From assembly GCA_038259655.1 (NCBI GenBank), contig JBBSOP010000001.1, positions 1-53,619 on the forward strand: 53,619 nucleotides of DNA. Direction: 5' to 3'. This DNA comes from Chroococcales cyanobacterium. Lineage in GTDB: Bacteria; Cyanobacteriota; Cyanobacteriia; Cyanobacteriales; Nostocaceae. A program made the translations under genes and the position numbers. Positions 11,901 to 20,749 of this stretch are shown one piece after another (within the stretch, counting starts at the first letter, position 1; each line of letters starts with the position of its first letter). The notes under the pieces are model-generated. The model had not been told where the DNA came from and ran no database searches. It saw nothing but the letters and a program-made list of their open reading frames with translations.

Positions 11901-14900
11901 CTGCACGGAGTTATCCACGCTGCTGGAGTGCAAGATCAAACTCGATTTAAACTGTCGCAAAAAACACCGGAAACAGTGGCGGAGGTACTTGCACCCAAAG
12001 TTGAGGGAACGATTATTTTAGATAATCTTACCCAAAACGAACCTTTAAAATGCTTTGCTGTCATCTCTTCGGCGGCTGCATCGAAAGCTGAATGGGGAGC
12101 CAACTTAGGTGATTATGCAGCAGCAAATATCTTTTTAGATAACTATGCAACATACCGCACCCAACGTGGCGCGCCAGGACATTCCCTCGCTGTTAATTTC
12201 TCCCTCTGGCGCGACAAGGGAATGGCAAAAATCGGCGGACAAGCGCTGGTGATTTTGGCGAAAGTTAAAGGGTTGAAACTTCTAGAAGCAGACCAAGCTG
12301 TGAATGCTTTTATTGAGGCTTTATCTTTGGATGAGCCTGTAGTTCATATTGTGGATTTGCTGGAAAAAGAAACAAAATCCCCCAAAATCACTGAATTACC
12401 CCAGCCCCTAGTCCCTCTTCCCCAACCTAAAACTAAAAACATCCGGCAATTGGTTAAAGACATACTCAGTCAATATGTGACAATTCCCCAACAACAAGTA
12501 GAGGGATATAGGTCTTTTCAAGAATTGGGGTTAGATTCACTAGGCGCTGTCGAAGCTATCAAACAGTTAAGCCTAACCTTCAAACATCAATTATCTCCCA
12601 CACTTTTCTTTGAATATCAAACACCGGACGAACTAGCAGACCATCTAGAAAAACAGTATGGTGATGCGATTTCAACCGCAGAAACGCCTATAAACAAGCC
12701 TAAAAATGAGACTCCAACTAATTCGATGCTGCAACAATCAAGCTTTAAAGCAATGGATGTGAAACAAGAAGATATTGCAATTATCGGCATGGCTTGCAAA
12801 ATTCCAGGGGCTGATAATTTAGAGCAGTATTGGCAGTTTCTTAATGAAAAACGCTCCTTTATTAAAGAAGTTCCGAGCGATCGCTGGCTAATTGAGGACT
12901 ATTATGAGAAGAATGGAACAGCCCCGCATACGACCTACTGCAAGCACGGTGGCTTTATCGAAAATCCCTTTGACTTTGACCCGATGTTCTTCGGCATTTC
13001 GCCACGAGAAGCAACGGCGATGGACCCTCAACAACGGGTATTTTTAGAGGTATCTTGGCAAGCACTACAACAAGCAGGTTATGGCGGCAAATATCGCACC
13101 AAAGATATTGCTGTAATTGTTGGTGGCGACCAAAATAACTATGTAGAACACTTCTTTAATTATCAGTACGGTACTGTTCTCAAGCGGCGTTTGTGCAAGA
13201 GTTCTTGGTTTAAGCAACTTACTCCTACTGAGCAGAAAAATTTACTCGATACTGTCTCAGATGTTCTCAAACCCAGTGAACTTATGCCCGAAGCAACCGC
13301 AGGGAATGAGTTAAACCAAATCGCGGCGCGGGTGAGCCACTGCTTAGATTTGATGGGGCCAAGTCTGGAAGTGGGTACTGCTTGTTCTTCTTCCTTAGTG
13401 GCAATTCACCTCGCTTGTGAGAGTATCCGGGCAGGTGATACTTGCATGGCGATCGCAGGCGGAGTTAACCTTAATCTTAGTCCTACTCCTTTTACTTTCC
13501 TCAGTCGCGTTCAAGCTTTTTCTCCCACAGGCGAATGTTTCCCCTTTGATAGCCGCGCTAATGGCATGGTTGTTGGCGAAGGAACAGGTGCAGTTCTTCT
13601 CAAATCCTTACGAAAAGCTCTAGAAGATGGCGATTATATTCACGCTGTAATTAAAGGTTCCGCCATCAACAACGACGGACATTCTCAAGGAATCACCGCC
13701 CCGAAACCTGAAGGTCAAGCCGAAGCGATTCGTAAGGCTTACAATAAATTTGGCATCCACCCGGAAACCATCTCCTACATTGAAACTCACGGCACGGGAA
13801 CCATGTTAGGAGACCCTGTAGAAGTCGAGGGAATCACCAAAGCCTTCCGGGATTTCACCAGCCGTAAAGGTTTTTGCGGCATCGGTTCTGTCAAATCTTC
13901 TATCGGTCACTTGATGGCTGGTTCCGGTGTTGTCAGCTTAATTAAAGTTGTACTCGCCATGCAACACGGTAAGATTCCGCCAACTGTGGGCTTTGAAAAG
14001 CCTAGTCCTCACATCGATTTTGCCAATACACCTTTATATGTAGTCGGTGGAGAAGGTAAACCTTGGACAAGCAACGGCGAATTGTTACGCGCCGGTGTCA
14101 ACGGTTTTGGATTTGGTGGTACAAATTGTCATCTAATTGTTGAACAATCTCCTATTTCACCATCTGTTAAATCAGAAGAACCAACTTCTCCACATCTATT
14201 GTGCTTAACTGGACGCAATCAAAAAGTCCTCAAAGAAGTTGTCAAACAACTACACGAGCATGTTATCCAACATCCAGAACAAGAACTATCAGAGATATGC
14301 TTAACCCTGAGTAATTCTCAACGTGAGCTTTCTTTCAAAGCGGCGTTAGTTGTAAATAATCGCCAACATTTGTTAGATTCTCTCAACGCGATTTCTTTAG
14401 AACAAAATCAGCCTAATATTCAACTAGGTCGTTCTAATCCCCAAAAAGCTACACCAACTTATCTAGTTTTAGATAATAGCTGTACTTTTACACCAGAAGA
14501 GGCGAAAATATTAAGCGATCGCTATCCTGAATTTAGAAAAGCCTACGCTGATTGTGAGTTTATCTGGCGACGTACACTATCCACCTCGGAGTCAAATAAT
14601 AATACTAACCTCTCACAAAAAGCACATAGTTTCGCCGTTCAATATGCTTTGTGCAACTTGTTAATGTCTCTCAAAATTCAACCAAGCGCCATATTAGCAG
14701 AAGGAGTAGGAATCTTAGTCGGAGCTTGCTTAACTGCAATGTCCTCCCTCAAAGAAACATTCATCTTATTAGCAGAATTAGACGACAAGCACATCAATAA
14801 TTCTGTCGAAGAACCAAGATTAGAAGCTCCGTTAGTAACAGTTTGGAATTGCTCTTTAGTAACACCACTAGGTATTTACAAACCTTCTGGTAAGTTTACA

Positions 14901-15383
14901 AGCACACAATTGCAGTCTCTATTACATGTTTCTGGTTCATTAAAAATAGAACATTGTCAAGAAGCATGTAGTGAAGCAGGAGCTTATTTATATCTAGGAA
15001 TTTCTGAATTAATCAGACAGCAACTAAATGTTTTAGATGATCCTCAAACTTGGATTCATGCCGAAAAAAATCAGCCAATCATCAATAATTTACTGACAAT
15101 GATTGCTCGGTTATATACCGCAGGAGTTCAACTTAATAGCTTAGGTTTATTTCCTCAAGGACTGCGGAGAGTACCACTACCGACTTATCCATTCGAGCGC
15201 AAAACTTATAAAGCACCAATTGACTATAGTGAACCGACATTTACAGAATCTGTAGAAAATGATGGTTTGCTAATAATAGAACAGCTAGCAGCATTATCAT
15301 CAGAACAACGAAAGTCTAGCTACAATGCTTTACTTCAAGAATTTGGTTTTGCTGCTAAAACTGTTGAGAATATCAATAATTAA
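5919..15383 (+). CDS. Type I PKS: FAAL-ACP-KS-AT-KR-ACP-KS-AT(inactive)
   Basis: FAAL (LAFLQYTSGSTG, YGLAE, GRNHYPQDIE); ACP GLDSL twice; KS1 DTACSSS/HGTGT/IGHLE; AT1 GHSVG + HAFHS (malonyl type); KR HAAGV...YAAAN; KS2 TACSSS/HGTGT/IGHLM; last AT-like region has AEGVG instead of GHSxG. Confidence 0.95.
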   Translation: MTVSFQYLKFSSLVDLLRYRALHQPDRLAFSFLQDGEKEVASLTYKELDQQVRAIAAYLQSIKAGGERALLLYPSGLEFIAAFFGCLYAGVVAVPAYPPKQNQKLTRLQSIITDAQAKVALTTTSLFENIKKRFDQDTELTDLHLLATDGITDDLASNWQKPEINSNTLAFLQYTSGSTGTPKGVMVSHGNLLHNLEYIKQAFELTPDTVSVSWLPGFHDMGLIDGHLQPIYTGFKCILMPPASFVQRPIRWLQAISHYQANHSGGPNFGYDLCASSKLTPEQIESLDLSHWHSAYSGSEPVRQETMARFAAKFKSAGFGTNLFYPCYGLAESTLMVSGGNVKDEPIYCQVEAEALEQNRIVPANADTKNIRHLVGCGHSWLDTKIVIANPETMTECAANEVGEIWVSSSSVAQGYWQRPEATVQTFQAYLQDGSGPFLRTGDFGFLQNGEVFVTGRVKDMIIIRGRNHYPQDIESTAVKSHADLRIGFAAAFAIEVDGEEQLVVTCEVERTAIRKLNVDEVVTAIRQAVSEEHELQVYAVLLLKPASIPKTSSGKIQRHACRAKFLEGTLDIVDMWHSQAGDERLTQRQGNALGGSADLFAQRLRQEKRLPRRDAEVEGKQAEVIQVWLVDKVSQQLKIASQSIDVQEPFARYGLDSLAAMMLSTELEDWLGLSLSPTLVYDYPSIAALAEHLAVVVENSQPELESEGGIDETSENDETDAIAIIGIGCRFPGAKDPEAFWELLKNGTDAIVEVPSDRWDINQVYDAQPATPGKMNTRWGGFLEDVDQFDAAFFGISRREAESIDPQQRLVLEVSWEALENAGIAPQRLKGSQTGVFIGISTNDYARLQFNHPTGTDAYFGTSSAFSIIANRLSYLLDLRGPSWAVDTACSSSLVAVHQACQSLRQKESELALAGGVNLILTPELTIAFSQAQMMADDGHCKTFDASANGYVRGEGCGIVVLKRLDDAKRDQDQILGIIRGSAVNQDGRSNGLTAPNGPSQQAVVRQALDKAQVQPSQISYVEAHGTGTPLGDPIEVNSLKEVLTQGRTPSSSCWIGSVKTNIGHLEAASGIASLIKVILALQHQEIPPHLHLKQLNPHIKLEGTGLAIPTERQAWTEEPRFAGVSAFGFGGTNSHVILEESQKTNRKGREVHKGRVLESSCVSLEKEEFERPKHLLTLSAKSEKALRELAQKYVQFLGANPEVAVADVCFTSNTGRSHFDNRLAIVAESTAQLSEQLNTFINSAIVNQRETNKPRKIAFLFTGQGSQYVGMGRQLYETQPVFRRTLERCDQILRAYLEQPLLSVIYPEFEKNSVLNETAYTQPALFALEYALFELWKSWGIVPDVVIGHSVGEYAAACAAGVFSLEDGLKLIAERGRLMQALPPNGMMAAVLTDEQRVAEAIAPYPEVSIATVNSPKQTVISGTKAAVQEVLKYFESEKISAKALKVSHAFHSPLMNPMLESFKKIAASVKFNAPSIPLVSNLTGEILTNQDVLDVNYWCRHIREAVRFSAGMETLHRQGYDLFLEIGPNSTLTNLGKQCLPKKVGTWLSSLTKEDNWQSLLSSLATLYTLGVDVDWSGFDQDFTRAKLALPTYPFQRQRFWIKTDGGKNTKLNITTDELSKQSPQPYSGITQNYEETNRQGHKVREGMRVLESSKYFYEWQWQPQQLVKTGDILPGAILIFKDAQMVAKNLEKLFDAEKYTVYFVTAAQKFQQKTERHFTINPASPEDYEQLIQALKQQGLTITAIIHLWNYNQAAISRLPINSHDSVLQEGMYSVLYLGQALVKHYSNSPINLLLLTQGAYITSVNETLQGLHQAMGATLAQTITQEHNNIQARVVDITPGSVSPETLAEMLFQELQAKPDKEGIVVIRQGQRFIRLLERMEIPANKEFHSVLTPADTWLITGGVSDVGAEIAKGMVSRAQINLVLTGRHPLPPKAEWHLHDGDNSTNKRIKIIQNLEQLGATVLYHAVDVTDAEGMQQLMSIIQERFGQLHGVIHAAGVQDQTRFKLSQKTPETVAEVLAPKVEGTIILDNLTQNEPLKCFAVISSAAASKAEWGANLGDYAAANIFLDNYATYRTQRGAPGHSLAVNFSLWRDKGMAKIGGQALVILAKVKGLKLLEADQAVNAFIEALSLDEPVVHIVDLLEKETKSPKITELPQPLVPLPQPKTKNIRQLVKDILSQYVTIPQQQVEGYRSFQELGLDSLGAVEAIKQLSLTFKHQLSPTLFFEYQTPDELADHLEKQYGDAISTAETPINKPKNETPTNSMLQQSSFKAMDVKQEDIAIIGMACKIPGADNLEQYWQFLNEKRSFIKEVPSDRWLIEDYYEKNGTAPHTTYCKHGGFIENPFDFDPMFFGISPREATAMDPQQRVFLEVSWQALQQAGYGGKYRTKDIAVIVGGDQNNYVEHFFNYQYGTVLKRRLCKSSWFKQLTPTEQKNLLDTVSDVLKPSELMPEATAGNELNQIAARVSHCLDLMGPSLEVGTACSSSLVAIHLACESIRAGDTCMAIAGGVNLNLSPTPFTFLSRVQAFSPTGECFPFDSRANGMVVGEGTGAVLLKSLRKALEDGDYIHAVIKGSAINNDGHSQGITAPKPEGQAEAIRKAYNKFGIHPETISYIETHGTGTMLGDPVEVEGITKAFRDFTSRKGFCGIGSVKSSIGHLMAGSGVVSLIKVVLAMQHGKIPPTVGFEKPSPHIDFANTPLYVVGGEGKPWTSNGELLRAGVNGFGFGGTNCHLIVEQSPISPSVKSEEPTSPHLLCLTGRNQKVLKEVVKQLHEHVIQHPEQELSEICLTLSNSQRELSFKAALVVNNRQHLLDSLNAISLEQNQPNIQLGRSNPQKATPTYLVLDNSCTFTPEEAKILSDRYPEFRKAYADCEFIWRRTLSTSESNNNTNLSQKAHSFAVQYALCNLLMSLKIQPSAILAEGVGILVGACLTAMSSLKETFILLAELDDKHINNSVEEPRLEAPLVTVWNCSLVTPLGIYKPSGKFTSTQLQSLLHVSGSLKIEHCQEACSEAGAYLYLGISELIRQQLNVLDDPQTWIHAEKNQPIINNLLTMIARLYTAGVQLNSLGLFPQGLRRVPLPTYPFERKTYKAPIDYSEPTFTESVENDGLLIIEQLAALSSEQRKSSYNALLQEFGFAAKTVENINN
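7674..7769. repeat. Nested small dispersed repeat inserted in frame in the PKS FAAL-ACP linker
   Basis: Reverse complement matches intergenic copies at ~30662-30720 and ~36165-36225, with an extra 24-nt element at 7720-7743. Confidence 0.8.
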
Positions 15384-15540
15384 GTAGATCTCACGCAGAG
15401 GTGCAGAGGCGCAGAGAGAACAAAGTTTATTTTCATGCCATGACACAAAAACCCTCTACAACTCCTCCCCTTTGTGTACTTTGCGTCCTTGGCGGTTCGT
15501 TTCTCTTCATCTTTCATTTACTAGTATTTATTGGAGCATT

Positions 15541-18500
15541 ATGAGCCATAACAATTTGCAACTACAAATCTTCACCTTTATTGCCAAAATCACAGGACAC
15601 GATGTCGAAGATTTAGAACCAGATATGTATCTGGAAAGTGATATGGGATTAGACTCTATCAAAATGGTAGAGCTACTCAATACCTTTATTCAAATGGTTC
15701 CGCAGGAAAAACAAGCTGAATTTTTGCAAGTTGTCCCAATGGAACAATTAATGCAACTCCAAACTTTAGCAGAAGTTTTACAACTCGCTCAAACTTGGAT
15801 TGCACCTCAAGAATCAGTTACATCTACACTAACTGTTGCTGTATCTGCAACTACCACTGTTGTATCACCCCAGCCAGAAACAAAAGCAGCTCAAGAAGTA
15901 CCAATTTTAGATGCTCAATATATCTTCTTAGCTTCCCACTGGGCTGTATCTACTTGCAGTTTATGTTCTACATTGCGGTTGAATGGGGCTTTCAATCCTC
16001 AAGTTTTTCGCCAAAGTTGGCAAGAATTGCTAACTCGCCACCCCATGCTGAGAGCATACTTTTCTATTCCTGCTGGGGCAACTAGTTTTAAAGATTACCG
16101 CTTGATGGTGCTGGATAATCCTACTCCAGAAGAAATTGCGATTACAGATTTAAGAAATTGCGATCACTCTACTCAAGAATACCGCATCAATGAGGAAGTA
16201 AATCGTTGCATCAATTCCAGATGGGATATTTCCCAGTGGCCTTTGCATAAGTTCTTTGTCTTCCAGCTTGAAGATGCAGTTTACGAAGTCTTTTTTACCA
16301 ATCATCACCTGATTTCTGATGGTTTGAGTAACCAAATTGTGTTACGCGACTTCATGGAAATTTATGGTGCAAGACTCAATGGTACTGAACCGATTTTACC
16401 AGTTGCGATCGCAGTTGCAGATTATCAAGCGATCGCAAACACTCTCAATACCTGGGAAAATCAACAAGCAGAACAATCTCTGCACAAGTATTTAAGTAAG
16501 CAGGGTAAAGATAAGTCCGTTTGGAATCCCCAAGGCAGTACCGTCAAATATAACTCTACCAAAATTGCCACTTTATCCTACCGTTTAAGTCGCAAAGTCA
16601 CAGATGACTTGATTAGCCGTACCCGCGACTGGCGTTTACCGCTAAATTCTTTGGTAGTTGGTGCTTATTTAAGAGCTGCTGCTAAGTTTTGTAAGTTGCC
16701 TGAGTCTGCGATCGTTAACGTCCCCACAAGCGGGCGCATCTATCCAGGGATAGATATTCCTAACGAAATTGGCTGTTTTGCTCAAAATCTCGCACTGAGT
16801 TTCAAAGCGCCAACGGCTGATGAGAATTGGTCTAATTTCCTCTATGGGGTTCATTCTGAAATTCATACAACCCTAGCGGCAAATCATGACAACGCTCAAA
16901 CTCGTCAAATGGGAGTTTGGCTGCGTGACAAGGTAGCCTTGGAAAATGGCAAAATTCCCCCAACTGCTGCTAGTTTGATGCAAATGGGAATGAAAGCTAA
17001 TTTATTCCTCTCGAACATGGGTCAAACTCATATCAAACCTGAGTATGGTTCCCTGAAGATTCTCAATTACCGATCAGCTACCGTTACCAATGCTGGTACT
17101 GTAGACACATTGGTAGAAATCTTCGATAACTGCTTACATTTAAATACTAGTTACGATAGCAGTTTCTTTAGTGAATCTCTCGTTGATAGTTTCTGCAAAC
17201 AATTGATTGCAAACATTGAAGAACTAGCATCTTTACAAATTCAGCCCCAACAAACGACTCAAGCACTATCATCGTTACCAACAGACAATCACATCAAGTC
17301 TATCCTCCAGCAGATAGCTACAGAAGTTTGCCATAGTTCCATCACTGACACAGCTTTAGACCAAGATTTAATCGTGGATTTGGGCTTAGATTCCCTAGAA
17401 CTTATCCGCATCATTACCAAATTAGAAAAACAGTTGGGTAAGGTGAATCGTCAGGCTTTACTATCTTGCCGAAGTTTGCGCGAAATGCTGCATACACTCA
17501 GCCAAGGAGAAGCACCGGCGATTGTTGCAGCCACTCCCCAGCCAATAGAAATCCCTTACTTAGAGATTATCGAACAAGTTAAGCGCACTCCTGATGCAGT
17601 GGCTATTATTGATGGCAACATCAAACTTACTTATCAACAATTGCATCGTTTGTCTAATCAAGTTGCTAATTACTTGCAAACTCTGGGAGTCAAACCAGGT
17701 GTTTTAGTAGGTATGATGCTCAACCCTGGTTACTTGATGTGGGTGGCAATCCTAGGCATTCTCAAGGCTGGAGGAGCGTATGTTCCTTTAGATCCTACTT
17801 ATCCCAATGAACGCATTCAATACATATTAGAACATGCTGAAGTTCAAACTTTATTAACTGAGCATCAATTGAATGCAAAATTAACAGAATGTTTGACAGC
17901 ACAGTTACCGTTGTCTACTTTAGTATTCTTGGATGAGGGAGAAGCTTTAAGGGGGACAACTTTAACCCAAGTTAATCAGAGTGCTTGGTCTAATAGTTCC
18001 GAGCAAGTTCCTGTTAGCATCAATACTCCTGACGATTTGATGACAGTGTTGTATACCTCCGGTTCTACAGGTCGTCCCAAGGGAGTGATGCTGAATCACC
18101 GGGGTTACATGAACCGCCTCAACTGGATGCAAAAAGCCTTTCAGTTATCACCTGGGGAACGAGTTGCACAAAAAACATCCTGTTGCTTTGATATCTCAGT
18201 TTGGGAAATATTCTGGCCGCTGATGGTAGGTGCTACAGCTTGTCCTGTAAAACGGGAAGTTGTGAGAAATCCCTGGAGTTTAGTGCAGTGGATGCATGAT
18301 ACTCAAATTAATATCATGCATTTTGTTCCTTCTTTATTTGGAGAGTTTGTCACTGCTTTAGAATCAGAAGCGTGGACATTCCCTCACTTGCGCTGGTTGG
18401 TATTTAGTGGTGAAGCCTTACCAGTATCTTTCATTCAACGTTGGTTAGATAAATATGGCACTAAAGTAGGGTTAGCAAATCTTTACGGCCCCACGGAAGC

Positions 18501-20532
18501 ATCTATAGATGTTACCGCCCATATTATTCCTGATAGTGTGCGGGAAGAAACTAGTATTCCGATTGGGAAAGCAATTGACAATGTGAATATTGTTCTCCTG
18601 GATGAACAAATGCAACCTGTACAGCAAGGCGAATTGGGAGAACTGTGGATTGGTGGCGTACAGTTAGCTCTCGGTTATCTCAAAAATCCTGAAAAAACAG
18701 AACAATCTTTCCGCCGCAACCCCTTCGCAGACATCAAGAGCAAGTATCTCTACCGGACTGGTGATTTAGCGAAGCAATTACCCGATGGGAGTTTTGAGTA
18801 TCACGGGCGAATTGACCATCAGGTGAAGATACGCGGTTTCCGTGTGGAATTGGGAGAAATAGAGAATGTTCTCAACACTCACCCAGATATTCGAGAAGCT
18901 GCTGTTGTTGCCATCGATTATGAATCAGGACAGAAAAAACTAGTTGCTGGTGTAGTCGCTCAACAAGTAGACAACAAACAACTCAAAGAATATGTGGGAC
19001 GCTGGCTACCTGATTACATGATTCCGCACCGGATAGAACTGTTAGACAGCTTACCTAAAAATCATAATGGCAAATTGGATCGTAAGGCGATCGCAGCTAT
19101 CCTTAACGGCGAAACCCCTTGTACAGAGGAATACATACCCCTTGGCCCTGCACAACGCTGGGTAATGAAATACTTTGAACCTCCTTATCAATGGACTGGT
19201 TACACTCGTTTTCTTTATCGCCATCCCTTAGAAATTAGCATTTTCCACCAAGCTTTTAACCTCCTCGTAGAACGCTATTCTGCTTTGCGGACAGTATTTG
19301 TCCAAGAATCAGGTCAATGGCAACAAAAAGTCATTCAACCAACTGAACCATTAAAAGCAGTGCTATACGATGGCACTCATCTAACAGTTGAAAAACGAAA
19401 TGAAGAAGTTCGTAACTTGATTCAACAAGCTGGTGAACAACTGCAAATTGACCAGTGGCCGTTAATTAAGATAATTATCGTCAAAGTCAATGATTCGTGT
19501 TACGACATTGCCTTCATTGGACATCATTTAATTGGTGATTTACTCAGCAACGGTTTAGTTTTCCAAGAGTTTTGGTTTACCTACACTCAGAATTTAGGCA
19601 ATCCAAATAACCTTAATCTCACAACAACTAACAAACCTTCTTACAATGACTATGTGCGTCTATTAATGGAAAAAGAAGCACAGGGAGATTTAGATAAGCA
19701 CATTTATTACTGGCTGTACCAGTTCCCCTCAGAAAAATATGCTTTCCAAGTTCCTTTTGATTTTGAAAAAGGAGAAAACATTGAATCTTCTGCGGCTCAA
19801 GAAAGATTTCTCCTACCCAAACCCCAAAGCGAAATTTTACTAACCAAAGGTAAGCAGTATTATGGCTGTAATCTTTATTCTCTTTTACTTGCTCCTTTAT
19901 ATCGCTTGTTGGCTGAATGGAGTGGACGAGGTGGAGTAGTATTGAGTCATCGGAGTCACGGTAGAGACTTAGGCGATAATCACAGATTCTTTGACAGTGT
20001 AGGCAATTTTGCAGTTAATTTCCCTATGGGTATTACAGTCGAAGAAAAAACCAGATGGGAACCAATAATTAAGCAAATCAAGCAACAATTTGAATGGTTG
20101 CCGATGAATGGTATCACCTTTGATTGGTTATCTGATAAACTCCCAGATTATATGTACCCAGATACTCGGTTAACACCTGTGAGAGCCAATTATTTGGGCA
20201 ACCGCACAATTCCTGATTCTCAAGTATTTGAGTTTATTCAAGAAGACTGGGATCGTCGTTTATCTCCTCCCCAACAAAAACGTACAACTTTGTTAGAGTT
20301 TTTCTTTACTCTTGCTAATGGATGTTTAGAAGTAGAGATTGAATACTCTAGTAATTTCCATCTACCAACGACTATTAATCAGTTGGGTGAGCGATATTTA
20401 GAATTAGTGAATGAGATGGTTACAGTAGTACCAGTGACATCTGCAAATAACGAAAGTAAGAGTCATCAATCTAAACTCAATTCTCATCATCAAAACGGTC
20501 GCAGTAAAAGTTTGCAGGAGCTAACAGTTTAA
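15541..20532 (+). CDS. NRPS with T-C-T-A-C domain order; Ser-like A domain
   Basis: GLDSI (N-terminus), HHLISDG, GLDSL, A-domain cores (YTSGSTGRPKG, NLYGPTE, YRTGD, LPKNHNGKLDR), then directly a C-like domain (HHLIGD). ATG 15541 follows a GGAG RBS. Confidence 0.92.
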   Translation: MSHNNLQLQIFTFIAKITGHDVEDLEPDMYLESDMGLDSIKMVELLNTFIQMVPQEKQAEFLQVVPMEQLMQLQTLAEVLQLAQTWIAPQESVTSTLTVAVSATTTVVSPQPETKAAQEVPILDAQYIFLASHWAVSTCSLCSTLRLNGAFNPQVFRQSWQELLTRHPMLRAYFSIPAGATSFKDYRLMVLDNPTPEEIAITDLRNCDHSTQEYRINEEVNRCINSRWDISQWPLHKFFVFQLEDAVYEVFFTNHHLISDGLSNQIVLRDFMEIYGARLNGTEPILPVAIAVADYQAIANTLNTWENQQAEQSLHKYLSKQGKDKSVWNPQGSTVKYNSTKIATLSYRLSRKVTDDLISRTRDWRLPLNSLVVGAYLRAAAKFCKLPESAIVNVPTSGRIYPGIDIPNEIGCFAQNLALSFKAPTADENWSNFLYGVHSEIHTTLAANHDNAQTRQMGVWLRDKVALENGKIPPTAASLMQMGMKANLFLSNMGQTHIKPEYGSLKILNYRSATVTNAGTVDTLVEIFDNCLHLNTSYDSSFFSESLVDSFCKQLIANIEELASLQIQPQQTTQALSSLPTDNHIKSILQQIATEVCHSSITDTALDQDLIVDLGLDSLELIRIITKLEKQLGKVNRQALLSCRSLREMLHTLSQGEAPAIVAATPQPIEIPYLEIIEQVKRTPDAVAIIDGNIKLTYQQLHRLSNQVANYLQTLGVKPGVLVGMMLNPGYLMWVAILGILKAGGAYVPLDPTYPNERIQYILEHAEVQTLLTEHQLNAKLTECLTAQLPLSTLVFLDEGEALRGTTLTQVNQSAWSNSSEQVPVSINTPDDLMTVLYTSGSTGRPKGVMLNHRGYMNRLNWMQKAFQLSPGERVAQKTSCCFDISVWEIFWPLMVGATACPVKREVVRNPWSLVQWMHDTQINIMHFVPSLFGEFVTALESEAWTFPHLRWLVFSGEALPVSFIQRWLDKYGTKVGLANLYGPTEASIDVTAHIIPDSVREETSIPIGKAIDNVNIVLLDEQMQPVQQGELGELWIGGVQLALGYLKNPEKTEQSFRRNPFADIKSKYLYRTGDLAKQLPDGSFEYHGRIDHQVKIRGFRVELGEIENVLNTHPDIREAAVVAIDYESGQKKLVAGVVAQQVDNKQLKEYVGRWLPDYMIPHRIELLDSLPKNHNGKLDRKAIAAILNGETPCTEEYIPLGPAQRWVMKYFEPPYQWTGYTRFLYRHPLEISIFHQAFNLLVERYSALRTVFVQESGQWQQKVIQPTEPLKAVLYDGTHLTVEKRNEEVRNLIQQAGEQLQIDQWPLIKIIIVKVNDSCYDIAFIGHHLIGDLLSNGLVFQEFWFTYTQNLGNPNNLNLTTTNKPSYNDYVRLLMEKEAQGDLDKHIYYWLYQFPSEKYAFQVPFDFEKGENIESSAAQERFLLPKPQSEILLTKGKQYYGCNLYSLLLAPLYRLLAEWSGRGGVVLSHRSHGRDLGDNHRFFDSVGNFAVNFPMGITVEEKTRWEPIIKQIKQQFEWLPMNGITFDWLSDKLPDYMYPDTRLTPVRANYLGNRTIPDSQVFEFIQEDWDRRLSPPQQKRTTLLEFFFTLANGCLEVEIEYSSNFHLPTTINQLGERYLELVNEMVTVVPVTSANNESKSHQSKLNSHHQNGRSKSLQELTV

Positions 20533-20544
20533 CTATTTAAGGGC

Positions 20545-20600
20545 TTGTAGTAAGTACTTTAGTGCTTAGAGAAATCAGGACTAAAGTCCTTACTACGAAC
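20545..20600. repeat. Intergenic stem-loop repeat (GTAGT...ACTACGAAC family)
   Basis: Imperfect inverted repeat after the NRPS stop; relatives at 23060-23122 and 26322-26448. Confidence 0.65.
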
Positions 20601-20749
20601 TTATACCAATTACGAATTACAAATTTTTAACCTAGCAATAACTTAATGCTAACCTCAAGGTTGCTAGAATAGCAAATTTGTAAAAATAGTAGAAAAAACA
20701 AAACTTTAATTAAGTGAAAGTACTGGTAAAGTACTGAAAAGAATAAGTA

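Noticed and set aside
6263-13623. Many 60-145 aa antisense or alternate-frame ORFs within the PKS and other long genes
   Set aside because: Shadow ORFs fully overlapping well-supported CDSs, with no motifs.
4816-15383. Heterocyst glycolipid (hgl/het) cluster
   Set aside because: Despite the HetI-like PPTase, there is no multi-ACP HglE, KS-CLF, ER or terminal reductase.
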